64,000 nt of DNA from assembly GCA_038087875.1 (NCBI GenBank), contig CM075990.1, forward strand, positions 15,440,001 through 15,504,000, read 5' to 3'. The notes beneath the pieces are model-generated. The model saw nothing but the letters and a program-made list of their open reading frames with translations. It searched no databases and was not told the DNA's origin. Positions within the stretch are counted from its first letter, which is position 1, and each line of letters begins with the position of its first letter. The position numbers and the translations under genes are program-made. This DNA is from Malacoraja senta (Eukaryota). Shown here piece by piece: positions 39,150 through 52,290 of the stretch.

Positions 39150-39692
39150 GAGGCAGCACGGTGGCGCAGCGGTTGAGTTGCTGCCTTCCAGCGCCAAAGA
39201 CCCGGGTTCAATCCTGACTAGGGGCACTTGTCTGTACGGAGTTTATACGTCCACCTCTTAACTGTTTTTTCTCTGAGATCTTCGGTTTCCTTTCATAATA
39301 ATAATAATAATGGATTTTATTTACGGGCGCCTTATACCGAGGTCTCAAGGACACCATACAGAGATTTATAGAAAACATATAATCAGAATTTTAAAAAAAT
39401 AGGTTATAAAGACCAATACATAAATCAGGGACAGAATTCCTTCCAAAAACACAAAAAAAAGAAAATCAGAAGCACAATTTGAGGAGAGAGCAGCGGCAAT
39501 TTAACGCCAGCGTCCACTCTCCCCTCCGACCGCCATCTTGAACATAGTTCAAAGACATACAAGTTTGTAGGTTAATTGGCTTGGTAAAATTGTAAATTGT
39601 CTCTAATGTAGGATAGTGTTAAATCGCAGGTCAGTGCGGACTCGGTGGGCTGAAGGACCTGTTTCCACGCTGCATCACTAAACTAAACTAAA
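39150..39692 (+). mobile_element. HE1-like V-SINE, interrupted
   Basis: GGCAGCACGGTGGCGCAGCGG head and (CTAAA)n tail, split by 39295-39542. Confidence 0.85.
39295..39542 (-). mobile_element. Short non-autonomous retroelement with CAAGATGGCG head and L2-like (ATT)n tail, inside an HE1-like SINE
   Basis: Minus strand CAAGATGGCGGTCGG...GGTGTCCTTGAG...AAGGCGCC...AAATAAAATCC(ATT)n. The SINE resumes on both sides. Confidence 0.6.
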
Positions 39693-40654
39693 GAAACATA
39701 AAGAATTAAAAATAAAGAATATAAAATTTTAAAGTGATATATTCATTTAAAGTCTAATGCAAGTTAATGAGAAATTTACTATTAATTAAAATAAAATTAG
39801 CTTTTTAACTTTCTACCTACTTATTGACTGAAGGCCAGCAGTCCCATTCACATCAATGGGTTTCGCTGGATGGGAAAAAGCGCAAGGCTGGATTAAAAGT
39901 ACATTCACGCCTTTAGTTTAGTAAATTACAGATCAACCCTGGACATGACGGGGACAAGAAGTGTTTGCGTCTGAACTCCTGAGCATCCTGCACTTCTTGT
40001 ATTGTAATGGCCAGGCACAGTCATCCATAGTGCACCGACATGGGTGTAGCAACTAGCCAACACTGCTCCAGGGACTGCCCGATAGCTACTATCAGCAACA
40101 TAGCCCAATAATTCCCATTCAGATTACATTCTTAGCACTGAAAAACTACCCCAAGATACTTCAGAGTCTTATCAAACAAAGAAAAGGACACTAAATCACA
40201 CAAGATGATGTTGGGACATTTGACCCAAGCATTGGTTAAAGAGGACAGTTTCAAAGAGGACTTTTAAATAATTATAAACGTTACTGCAAACGCAGATCGT
40301 TTTCTAAAATGTAACTTTCTTATTGTAAACTTCTCAGGAGCACTGCAATCCCCAAACATTTGAAAGGACTGAAGAATTCTATGCCCTGTTCCGTTTAGGA
40401 ACAAAGGATAGATTATTGGTGACTGCATGGCCCAAGTTCAGTGGTGGAGTCCAGCTGGAGAACTTGACCAGTATGTTCAGGTCTTGTGCGTTTATGCACC
40501 AGTCCAAAACCTCACCGTCAATTAAACTGACGAGCTGCTGACATGATCCAGGCTCCTGAGTTTGCATTTCCACTCATGAAACTCCTGATACAAGATGCCG
40601 CAGTTGAGGCTTTATGCATGGCAAGAGCAATATCTGAGATCTTGCTAAATGAAA

Positions 40655-41305
40655 GATGCAGCATGGAAACAGGAGCTTTGGCCCAGCCGATCATTGATCA
40701 CCCATTCACACCAGTTCTATATTATCCCACTTTTGCATCCGCTCCCTACACACAAGAGGCAATTTACAGAGGCTAATTAACCTAGTTGAAGAGTTGGTAT
40801 GTCCCATTTGCGTAATGCTCATAAAAATATTTGTTTCCCTCTTTTTCCTCTTTCTCTTTCTCTTTCTTTTCTAGGGTCTATTTCTTAACTCTTTTTCTTT
40901 TGTTTTTAATTTTGTTCTTATAGGGTCTTCGTCCTTTTTTGTTGTCACATTTTCTACACTTTCACTTTTTCCTTCACTTTCTTCTTTCTTTCAATCTTTT
41001 CCTTTTCTAGTGTAAAAAATAAATGGAGTACATTAATTGTAAGAAGACATAAGTGACGAGTACTAATGTATGTGGTTGTAATGTCATGTACTTCTAATAG
41101 ATAAAAAATAAAAAAAATAAAAATAATAATAATTAACCTACAAACCTGCATGTCTTTGGAATGTGGGAGGAAACCGGAGCACCCGGAGGAAACCCACGCG
41201 GTCGCAGGGAGAACGTGCAAACTCCACATAGACAGCACTCGAGGTCAGGATCAAACCAGGGTCTCTGGTGCTATGAGACAGTAGCCCCACCAGGGGCACT
41301 GCACT
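40655..41305 (-). mobile_element. HE1-like V-SINE, interrupted
   Basis: Reverse-complement copy split by 40785-41129. Confidence 0.8.
40785..41129 (+). mobile_element. Poly-A-tailed, T-rich retro-insertion (probable L1 3' UTR) inside an HE1-like SINE
   Basis: Target duplication TAATTAACCTA at 40774-40784 and 41130-41140; A-rich tail. Confidence 0.75.
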
Positions 41306-43739
41306 GTTCCTTAGTTCTAACATTAAACTACAAGAATAGACTAAACCTCAGAGTCCAACTCAATATAAGAATTACATCCTGCCAGCTGTGCTAAACATGC
41401 AGTTCACATGAATTAAGGTTTTAGGAGATAGAGGAGAATGCTGATGCTGGAATCTACAGCAACAAACAATCTGCTGGAGGAACAACTCACCCAACATCTG
41501 TGGGAGGGAGGCATTGTTTTGATAAAGACGTTGACCATTCCTTTCCGCCCAAAGATGCTGCCCGACCCACTGCGTTCCTCCAGACGATTGTTGTTCCTGT
41601 TAACTGTTTACCCTTGTGGATTTGCAGTGGACCGACATGGTATCGCAAGGAGCAGATGCAACAAGCCTGGCTTCCAGCAGAGGAAACCAAAGAGATGCGA
41701 GTTGAGCTCTCAATATCATTGTACAATGTGCCCTCAAGCATGGACATGCTGTTCTCTGTGTCTAAGTTTGCATTCCTATTATGACCTTGATCACACTGGA
41801 AAGTCGTGCGATGTGCCTGCTTTGCTACAGCTCACATCTTCAGAAACGTTTGGTCTGCCAGCTGACAGTCTTGTCCATCAGGAACAGCCAAGTGCTCTGG
41901 TTGCCAAACAGTCACATTGCCTCAGCCTGTTGTTCCAAGGCCAAGACAAATAGCAAAAGCAATTAGTGGCAATTCGAAATGACAACAGAAATGAAACCTT
42001 CATAGTTTGACACCGAGGAGTAGTAGTTCTACTGCACCTATTGCAGAGCATTGGTGGCAGCAAACAGAGAGGCATTTAAGTAAAGGTGCCAACAAGCACC
42101 GCATCAACATGGGAACAATATTGCTGCAAACTGTCTGACAACCAGTCAAGGTAAACTCCTTGGAAATTAAAACCAGGTGAGGTGTTAGGGACATTAAGTA
42201 ACACTGTAGATAGTGAGCTCAGGTATCTATCACCAGAGAGAATGATGAAAACAGACCACATTGAACAATGAAGAATGGGCTGAGACAACTCAAGTTGCAT
42301 TGGAAGAATCTTCTAAGTAACACCTCTACACCTCTGTTGGAAAGGTATGACATGTACAAAGACAGTTCCAGCAGCATAACTGGCAAATTCTGCACAGCTG
42401 ACCAGATGCAACAGTTGTCTGCTCAAAGCCCAGGATAATTACAGCCCAGGCCATCACACAGACCAGATTTTCCACCATCAACTCCATCTACACTTCACGC
42501 TGCCTCGGAAAAGCAGCCAATATAATTAAAAACTGGTCCCACCCCCATCAGTCCTTATTCTCCCTGCTCCCGTCTAGCAGAAGGGACTGAACCTTGAGAG
42601 AGGTGCACGCCAGACTCAGGAACAGCTTTTTGGCTTTTCCCCAAACAGATGCAGTTTGACCCGCTAAGTTCCCCCGAAGTTTGCATTTTTGCTCCTCACG
42701 TGCGCGGTTAGGTGACCGACTGAATCGGGTCTTTACTCGTGATTCTCCAGAACCTGATCAATAAAATCTTGCAAGGTTTTGATAGTTGACTGTGCAACCA
42801 AAGTGGTCTATTGATTGCCATATGCAAAGAAAGAGAAATTCTCCTGGTTTTGGAGAAAGCATTTTGAGCAGAAGCAAAGCCAATGCGTGTTTTTTTCCCC
42901 ATGTGGTTGTGAACATTGAAGGTTGGTGCCAATGGCTTACCAGCAGTGAAAGGAAAAGAAGCTACAATTGCCAATGTTGCAAAGCCTAAAAGTTTAGAAG
43001 GACTAAGTTTCTTGCTGCAGAATTATATGTAATTCCTTCCAGATCTTGCAAAGTTGCTCACACCAATCAACCCTTTGTTGAAAAGGAATGTGAAAGGGAG
43101 GTGGAGCAAGAAGCAAAAACGTATTTCCAATAAACACAGGAAGAACTAGCAAATTAAGCTCTCTATGTTCATCATAATATTTTTGGTAAGCTGGAGTTGG
43201 CATGTAACGTATTGAGTCATGGTGTAGGTATGATTGTATGACATATGATGTATAGGGAGCAAGAGAAGCTCATCGCTTTTACTTATTGCGCTGTCGAAAA
43301 GTGCAAATGCAATTACGTACAGGTTGGGATGGAAGAGAATCTTGGAAACAATCTTTCATTCGCTGTTATAGGCAGAACGTAACCCATCATCCACAACAGG
43401 GTGATAGGTTCACCAATCCATCTAGCTCCATGGTGATTTGCTTCCTCACCACGTCTGAGGTTTCTGAGAGGAGTGAGGTCCTGCAGCCACTACAAGCGGG
43501 CCAGAGGAGCTTGGCAGAGCTCACGGGTGCAAAGTGTAGGAAGGAACTACAGATACTGGTTTACTTCACTGATTTGTTTACCGGTTCTTCAGACGAAGGG
43601 TAATTTTCTCACCCTTGATAGACACAAAAACTGAAGAAGGGGTTTGACCCAAAACATCACCCATTCCTTCTATCCTGAGATGCTGCCTGTCCCACTGAGT
43701 TACTCCAGCAACTTGTGTCTATCTCACAGCTGAAGAAAT

Positions 43740-43935
43740 GGTGCTGTTCATATAGGAGGTTTATAATGTGCTGCCTCGGCAAGGATGTAAGGTTCCCAGT
43801 GTCATCCTGAATGCTCCTTCTCTACTTTGGTCATGGCCCAGGAGTAGGTAGATGTGTTTGAAATTCTTTAAAGGCCCTTTGTGAAAATCCTTTCATCTTT
43901 TCTTCTGTTCACCGGGCAATCATTTGCTCCGACAA
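43740..43935 (-). mobile_element. Degenerate RTE-clade ORF C-terminal remnant
   Basis: Minus strand reads ...LPGEQKKR*KD...LKNF..., similar to RTE GGQKKRFKD.LK..LK. Confidence 0.5.
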
Positions 43936-43954
43936 AGATTGGAAAGACTGGTGT

Positions 43955-43982
43955 CTGAAGAAGGGTCTCGACCCGAAACGTC
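43955..43982 (+). ncRNA. Minimal hammerhead ribozyme core in a PLE terminus
   Basis: CUGAAGA-A-GGGU(CUCG)ACCC-GAAAC-GUC. Confidence 0.55.
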
Positions 43983-44439
43983 ATCCATTCCTTCTCTCCA
44001 GAGATGCTGCCTGTCCCGCTGAGCTACTCCAGCATTTTGTGTCTATCTTTGGTTTAAACCAGCATCTGGAGTTCCTTCCTACACATTGGAAAGAAGAATT
44101 TATTTCTGGAATCTGATACCTGGCAAGCAAAGGACATGATGTTAGATGTGAAAGTAGGAACCACGCATTGTCGAATATGTTCCAGTCAGTGCATCTGAAA
44201 TCAAAGACAAGAACCAGAGAGACTCAATGGTAAACTGAGTGTATGAACAGGCATTGCAGAGGATCGATAGAATTTGCCCAGTGCACAGTCAGAGAACTGA
44301 AACTGTTCCACAATCAATGCAATGATTCTGTTCTATTTCAGAACGTTTGCTGGGTAATTGGATTGGCAGATCACTGCCAGAACTAGTTCTCCAGTAAACT
44401 GGGACATGCACATGGAGATCTTAGCTCTTCTGTAGTATG

Positions 44440-44740
44440 TTCAGTTCAGTTTAGAGATACAGTGCAGAAACAGGCCCTTCGGCCCACCGAGTCCATGCCG
44501 ACCAGCGATTCCCCACGCACAAATACTATCTTACACACACTAGGGACAATTTACAATTTTACCAAGCCAATTAGCCTACAAACCTGTACATCTTTAGAGT
44601 GTGGGAGGAAACTGGAGCACCTGGAGAAAACCCACGCAGGTCACGGGGACAACGTACAAACTCTACACAGACAGCACTAGTAGTCAGGATTGAACCCGTG
44701 TCTCTGGCGCTGTAAGGCAGCAACTTTACCGCTGTGTCGG
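44440..44740 (-). mobile_element. HE1-like V-SINE
   Basis: Reverse-complement copy; further minus copies lie at ~48108-48400 and ~59476-59765. Confidence 0.88.
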
Positions 44741-47700
44741 CATACTGGCCATGGTGCATAAACCTACGTACTTCACTTCAATCCACTTTGAATGATTAAC
44801 GATGAATGCGAGGCAATTGACATTATGCTTCTCACAATGGTCCAAATGTGCTAACTAAAGAAATCTAGCAAGTCAGCACCATCAGGACAAATCAGATTTG
44901 GATGGATTATTCCAAAAACTTATAAAATTGCATTTTGTTCACGGATGATGGAGATCACAATCCAAATTATTGCTTGACAACGCTTTCATACTGACAATTT
45001 CTGTGGTTCAGCGTGAAGTTTGGCCATGACTAAACCTTCATGGTGATCGCTATCACCATTCTATGTTCCCCAAGTGAGCAGCATCATAGTTCTAAATGAA
45101 GGGGTTTATCAAGGACAGTTCAGGAAGGTCCCAAGTGATGCGATGATATTCCAAGCACAGCGTGAAACATCGCAGTCAATTTCTTACCAAATGACCCTTC
45201 ATACCATAAGAAAATCCTTATCCTACTAAATTTGCCTGCTAGAGTTGAATAGAGACAGCCGAGTCAAAAACCTCATCATGACATTAATCTAAAGAAAATG
45301 GTTTCAGTAGTCAAACGCATTCCTGTTTTGAGTCTGTCTTATAAGTCAATCCCACAGAAGGAGGTGTGAAGCTCAATTGACATGGATGACTGGTATAGGA
45401 GGTCCATGTGTCAGAGGTATACATGGACACAGGACACAGGAATCACTGCTGCCCAGTGAATGTTGTACCCAGATTGAGATCTTGATCTTCAAACATTTTT
45501 TACCTCACGGTCAGTTTAATGGGCCAAATGCAGGCAGGTGGAACTTGCACTGATGGGGCATCTTGGTCAGCATAGGCAAGTTGGGTCGGGGATCCTGTTT
45601 CCGTGCTGTATGGCTCTGTGACCAATGGCTCTGGTAGCACATTGAAGGCAGTGCTAAGAGATGGCTCCTTAAGTTTTCAAGAGAGAGTTAGATTTAGCTC
45701 TTAGGGCTAAGGGAATCAAGGGATAGGGGGAAAAAGCCGGAACGGGGTACTGATTTTGGACGATCAGCCATGATCATATTGAATGGCGGTGCTGGCTCGA
45801 AGGGCTGAATGGCCTATGCCCACACCTATTTTCTATGTTTCTATGAAGTCTGCAAAGTGGTCAACTTTTTCTAGGATCTCCAAAGCTGGATGTCAGTGAT
45901 GTACAGTGATTAATCTACATAAGATGTTTAAGAAGGAACTGCAGATGCTGGAAAAATCGAAGGTAGACAAAAATGCTGGAGAAACTCAGCGGGTGAGGCA
46001 GCATCTATGGAGCGAAGGAATATACAAGATAATCATTCACTCTGCCTGTTTGGTCCACACCGCTGAGCCACGTACACAAGGTTTGATTAGAAATGATCAG
46101 GAAACAGATGAGGTTTCCACAATCACACTATTACTGCTGTTGCACACTAACATCTTGTTTATGTTGTCGCTCCTCCAATATAATTTATTTTGCCACCAAC
46201 CAAATGTCTTGCATGCTTGACAGAATAATGAGTTGGGCTCCATGGGCCATTAACATTTTTGCAGTTTAACTTATTCAGAGTTCAATGGTATAATTGTGTT
46301 GATGAATGCATCTTTAGTTTGCACTAATGCAAAAGCACTTGCATCAATCATTTCAACAGAAATTGCTGTCCCGCTGAAAGATAAAAACACTACCATGCAA
46401 GTAAACCAATGCTCACCCACTTGCCAACATCACCCCTTCATTTCCAATCTCTCTCTAAATAATGGAACATGAGTCAATTATGATTTCAATCTGCTACCAA
46501 ACTAACCCATATTCCTTGGAGAGAAAGATTTGTTAGCATTGTACTGTTAACGCTGTAGCTCTAGTCCAAACCAAGTCACTCAAATGTCAGGATAATTAAA
46601 CAATAACTGTGAAACTTGGTCGAGCAATTGATTAATATGCTGCCCTTTCACCTCGGGGTCAAAGATCAAATTGAATTTGGGCTGCTGGGATGAAGGCTTC
46701 ATATCTCTGTGGGATTTGATGGACAGACTCACACTTGATTCTGTTGTGGGTGAGCCCACATCCAAGCTAATGGACAATGTCTAGAGCATGAGCTAACCAT
46801 CCTATTGACAGTGAAAAATTGATAATATTGATCTGAACATGTGGGGTTTCGGTCCGGTTATAAAAATAAAGGCATGACATTTCAAGCCTGCATACAGGAC
46901 CCTCAAGACAAACCTTCTCTCTCTGATAATTGTGTTATGTGGGATGGTGAGAAAACTCGGAGCTGGATTACGATGGAACTGGTCTGCTCCGTGGGATTGG
47001 CAGCCACAGTTTGCCCATGTCCCCTTCTGATCTCAATGACCTTGATAGACATAAAAAGCTGGTGTAACTCAGTGGGACAGGCAGCGTCTCAGGAGAGAAG
47101 GAATGGGTGACGTTTTGGGTCGAGGCCCTCTCATACTATGGGGTCCAGCACCAAGTCCACAAGCAACTGAACAGCAAACTGTATTCACCTTACTGCAAAA
47201 CATGACCATTTTGAAGGATTAGTTAAAAGTCCTTTAACAACCAACACAGACAGCAGACGAGCATTGCCAGCTATTAAAATGAGCACTAATCATAATGGTT
47301 ATCAAATGGTCAGTGGACATTCAGTAACTTTAAAAAAAAAACGATTAAAGTTTAACCAGATAAATTTTCAAAATATTAAAAGCAATAAACTATAAACTGA
47401 CAAATAATGAAAGTCCAAAAGCTAAATAAATGTAGTTTAAAAAAACTGTAACTTAACAGCCCAGTGGTAAGAATGTCGATTTCCCTAACTATAGGTAGCC
47501 CTGGCATTCCCTCTCTCTATCGCTCCCCCACCCAAGTCACACCAGCTTCTCATTTTCGCCCAACAAACAGCTTACAATGGCCTGTTTCCTTTATCGTCGT
47601 TACTTTTTTGCATATCTTTCATTCATTGTTCCTTATTTCTATGCATCACCATCTATATATCCCGTTTCCCTTATCCCTAGCCAGTCTGAAGAAGGGTCTC

Positions 47701-50080
47701 GACCCAAAACGTCGCCCATTCCTTCTCTCCAGAGATGCTGTCTGTTACTCCAGCTTTTGTGTCTATCTCCGGTTTAAACCAGCATCTGCAGGTCCTTCCT
47801 ACAATTTAGATCCCCATGTTGTCCAAGGTGTTGGTCCCTAGTGTTCACCTGACACAGGTGCCAACAGCACCATGCTGGAGCGTACCGGCATGTCAGATCG
47901 TTTCTGGTGAACCTGGGGAGGATCTGCAGCCATGAGTGGGCTGAATCAATGTCCAGCTATCCGCCTTCGATAGCGCACACAAGGAAATTGAGGATCCATT
48001 ACAAACGTCATAATTAACAGCACAATCCAGTCCTTCACTAACGAGTTCATGAAATAGGATTGCAAAGAAGTGCTGAGGCCGATAATGGAAAACTCTTACT
48101 TCTTTTGTTTAGTTTTGAGATACAGCGCGGAAACAGGTCCTTCGGCCCACCGACCAGCGATCCCCGCACATTAAAACTATCCTCCACATACCAGGGACAA
48201 TGTACATTTATACCAAGCCAATTAGTCTACAAACCTGTACGTCTTTGGAGTGTGGGAGGAAACCAAAGATCTCAGAGAAAACCCACGCAGGTCACGGGGA
48301 GAATGTACAAACTCCTTACAGACAAGCACCCGTAGATGGGATCGAACCCGAGTCCCTGGCACGGTAAGGCAGCAACCCTACTGCTGCGCCATCATGCCGC
48401 TTTTGATAAAGGAAAGGGAACTTGCTGAATGCTGGAGTGTAGGGCCCATTGTGTGTTGTGCACCATCTAACCTGGCACCATGGAGGAATCACCCTGAGCA
48501 ACGATGTCCCTCTCATCACCTGGTGAGCCGCCAGTGAATTAGATGTGTGATTTCAAACTATGGTGTCAGGATGAAGGCAGCTATGAGCAGGGATCTACAG
48601 AATGAGCCAAACTATTTAATCTTTCTGCTTTTTAGATTCTTAAATGCCGAGAAAATTTGAATCAAATTCAATTTGTGTTAGATTAAAATAACATTTTGTC
48701 AGTTGGTCTAACAGCACACCCCAACTATGCACACTCCAATCCTGATAAAACATAATTGACCTGCCATGTTCTACCAGTGTGAGATTCACCGCTGATTAGG
48801 GCACTTGGTTAACAGGAGTGGATAGCATTGGTAATCTGTAATCAGCTACTCAGAGCAGGTCTCCTGAGTGACAACATTAAAGGGGAAAGATATTGTGCTG
48901 GGTCAAGGTGCCTGGACACAGGTAATGGCAGGAACAATAGCACTACACTGCTGCACACACAATGGCATTTGGCTAGGTATGGGTCCCTGTAACCATAACT
49001 CACGCAAAATAATGACATTAGCCACATACTGTAACCCTGTCAATATTCATAAATATCAGGAACAAGGCCCACTTTTTTTTCATTTGGAATAACAACGCAC
49101 TCACTATTCATTCTAAGACACCCATTTATTCCAACTCTGTATTCATTAACTTTACTTCACTTTAAGTTGGACGTAAACCTCCCTCTCCATGATCCCCTTA
49201 AAGAGATAATTACAGCTTGTCCATCCTCCGTAGTAAGGTGTAGATGATGTTAGGTATTGTTACTGCAGTTCAGGAATCAATATTAACTGCTCATCCACTC
49301 TTCGCTTTAGTAAATTTGTGAATTAGCCATTAAGAATTAATTTTCCCTCATATCTCTCCAACATGGCACTGATATTTTCTGGTGATCATTATTTTTAAGA
49401 TCTGAACTCTAATGGCTAAATGGGAATGGCAGGATTGTGGATATGGAGCATGCTGTGAGTTCTCTAGATGTTGAGAGGAGTTGTGGAGCCCAGATTATTG
49501 TGAACAAGAGAGGGATGAGTATTCACTAAGAAATCCATGTCCAGGAGCATTTACCTGGAAGATCGCCTCCGTGCACCCCCAACACTGGACTGGGTGAGGA
49601 TGTGCTCCTTAGGAAATGCTGTGTGAAATCACAATGCTCTACAATGCATCAAACAATTTCACACATTATGGTTAAACAATTGTGCCCGCCTAATTTTGTG
49701 GCAGTGTCCACACATCTAAACATCCTGGATCAAGATAAGCTGGACGTTACACCATCAAATTACACCAATGACCACACGACAAAAGTACCGGGTGATGGAA
49801 CTCCCATGTCAATCGTGTCCACACTGTGGACCACAGGGCAAACCAAATGTTCGCGACATGCCAATGCAAGTCGAATCGCATACAAAATGAATATCTGGAC
49901 AAAGGTTTCTTGGTCTCAAATCCTGCACCAAGCTGTGGGGTTAGGAGCAGATGCTGGTTTACACCAAAGATAGACACAAAATACTGGAGAATTACCGAAA
50001 TGTTACCTATTCCTTTTCTCCAGAGATGCTGCCTGACCCGCTGAGTTACTCCAGCATTTTGTGTCTATCCACAAGGTTAA

Positions 50081-50277
50081 AGGGCCTGTCCCACTTGGGC
50101 GTCATTTGCGTGTCACGCAGATGGCGCGCAAAGATTATGTACATCCCAAAATCCTGGGGCGCCGCCACGCTCCATGCGCGTGTATTGCGCACCATGCGCG
50201 CATCGCGTCGTTCGTCGTGATGCGTAAATGATGTTGTGTAAATTACGCGCAAATGGTGCCCAAGTGGGACAGGCCCT
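50081..50277. mobile_element. MITE, GGGCCTGTCCCAC-terminal family, copy 3
   Basis: TAA-AGGGCCTGTCCCACTTGGGC...GCCCAAGTGGGACAGGCCCT-TTA; CpG-rich interior. Confidence 0.87.
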
Positions 50278-50864
50278 TTAGGGTTTGCAATGTAGGCAGC
50301 AAGACGAGGCACGGGCCAGGTGCAGGTATCTCAGACTCACTGATTGTCCTGTGCATAAACAATGCCTAGCCTACATGTGGTGGACAGTCGAGACCGATGC
50401 ACTTAATCGGGTCAGTTATGCAACAAATTGTGAGCAATGGTTTAACGATTTGGCTTCAGCTTCTACTTGTTCACATTTTGGGTGGATTTCCCCTCATTTT
50501 ACTGCCACCCACACCAAATCCCTTTCTTCCCCCTCTCTGTTTGGGAACATCATCTCCCAGCTGCCTCGATGAACTGTCAGGAATCTGGTTTGTAGAATAT
50601 CTCATTCTTGAGATCAAGGCTGCAGTGTAAACACAGGAAACATCCCTTCTGAAAACGTGTCACGTTATTTTCAATACAGAAAAATATGGAGTCCCCGCAG
50701 AACCCAACACAAATTATTGAAAGCCAAAATACAGCTTTGTTTGGGGAGATGTCTGACTGCTGATAAGGCAATGCAAAATAGAACTGTCAGCTTTTCAAAA
50801 TAGTTGATTAAACTGAAGGTTTTATGTTTGAGATGCCCAATGTGATTTGTTACAACTGTTACCC

Positions 50865-51280
50865 AGAGGCTGGGATTATGTTCCTTGGAGCGCAGGAGGA
50901 TGAGGGGTGATCTTTTAGAGGTGTATAAAATCATGAGAAGAATAGATCGGGTTGGTGCTCAGTCTCTTGCTCAGTGTATGGGAATCAAGGACAAGTGGAC
51001 ATAGGTTTAAGTTGAAGGGGAAAAGATTTAATAGGAATCTGATGGGTAACGTTTTCATACAATGGGTGGTGGATGTATGGAACGACTGCCAAAGGAGGTA
51101 GTTGAGGTTGGGACTATCACAACGTTTAAGAAACAGTTAGACAGGTACATGGATAGGGCAGGTTTGGAGGGATATGGGCCAAACGTAGGCAGGTGGGACT
51201 AGTGTAGCTGGGACATGTTGGCCAGTGTAGGCAAGTTGGGCTGAAGGACCTGTTGCCATGCTGTATCATTCTATAACTCA
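50865..51280 (+). mobile_element. CR1 LINE 3' end, second subfamily
   Basis: LGLCSLERRRMRGDLLEVYKIM... plus a tail shared with ~7810-7955 and ~56920-57075; an antisense copy lies at ~60320-60720. Confidence 0.85.
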
Positions 51281-51572
51281 GAGACATGGACCTGCTTGCT
51301 TGGCAATGCAGTTTCCTCTACAAAAGAGAAGGTAAAGGTTGATATAAGCACAACCTGAAGTGTGGGGAGTTCCTGATTTCAGTAAGTGCCTTCTCTTTGA
51401 AAATCAATTCTCCTCAAATCCTTGGTATGCCCCAAGTAAATATTACACTGGCCAATCAGCGGCACCCATGCTGTGATCTAAGTGAAAATTGTGTTGCAAT
51501 GTAAGAGAATTGCCTGGCCAAACTACATAGAGTGCTAACAATACTGGGGTCCACTGAAACCAAGCCAAGTAA

Positions 51573-51772
51573 NNNNNNNNNNNNNNNNNNNNNNNNNNNN
51601 NNNNNNNNNNNNNNNNNNNNNNNNNNNNNNNNNNNNNNNNNNNNNNNNNNNNNNNNNNNNNNNNNNNNNNNNNNNNNNNNNNNNNNNNNNNNNNNNNNNN
51701 NNNNNNNNNNNNNNNNNNNNNNNNNNNNNNNNNNNNNNNNNNNNNNNNNNNNNNNNNNNNNNNNNNNNNNNN
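51573..51772. other. Assembly gap (200 N)
   Basis: Run of N within the C2 splice-site intron. Confidence 0.99.
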
Positions 51773-52124
51773 GATTAGTTATTGCCAGTGCCTTTTTGTC
51801 TAATGGGAATGCCTAAGCCTCTAGCTCCGAATCAGTAATACAGACAGTACTAAGGCCCTGTGGACTGCAGTCTAACATGAGGCATCAAGGGACTAGAGCA
51901 GTTGGCTATGCCTCATGTTTGGATCACCAGTACCATACACTTCTCATACAATTTGAGAGACTTATAAGTGGATCTTTGCCACCAGAAATGGGCATGATAT
52001 CATGACCCTCGCATAAATAAGCCAAACTTTGCAAAATGGCTTTGGGGTAAAAGAGGACCTTTGACCCCCTGTTTCCTACTCTGCTAACACCTCCCTCTCA
52101 GCTCTAACTTGTTTGCCCACTCAC

Positions 52125-52166
52125 TCCCTGCCTTCTCTGCTGTATTTTCTGCAGATTCCAAATGAT
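52125..52166 (-). CDS. KCNMA1: Candidate 42-nt in-frame cassette exon of KCNMA1, (H)HLESAENTAEKAG(I)
   Basis: cagcaatgcttacag|ATCATTTGGAATCTGCAGAAAATACAGCAGAGAAGGCAGGGA|gtgagt. Multiple of 3, stop-free in phase 1, purine-rich body. The pyrimidine tract is weak and I know no homologue. Confidence 0.45.
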
Positions 52167-52281
52167 CTGTAAGCATTGCTGAAGATGATGTGCGCGTATG
52201 CATGCAACATAAAAAAAACTCTTGCTTAATGTAGACAAGTTGGATCGCAGTCTGGGCAACAGAGAACCTGATTTTACTCAC

Positions 52282-52290
52282 AATATATCA
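52282..52290 (-). CDS. KCNMA1: KCNMA1 9-nt alternative microexon (IYF insert at site C2)
   Basis: ttttaactgcacactggtag|TGATATATT|gtgagt. In phase 1 it gives C|TG ATA TAT T|TT = L-I-Y-F, the known vertebrate IYF insert, at the expected position just after the CGCKR exon. Confidence 0.9.

Larger units (their letters stand above)
42720..45350 (+). mobile_element. Ancient Gypsy LTR-retrotransposon pol remnant, fragmented by younger insertions
   Basis: 42934-43125 reads GLPAVKGKEATIANVAKPKSLEGLSFLLQNYM*FLPDLAKLLTPINPLLKRNVKGRWSKKQ (RT thumb/connection-like). ~44180-44250 reads PVSASEIKDKNQRDSMVN*VYE (pre-integrase-like). Confidence 0.65.

Noticed and set aside
40517..40645. Minus-strand AG|CAAGAT...ACG|GTGAGG exon-like segment
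   Set aside because: In-frame stop in phase 1 and no homology.
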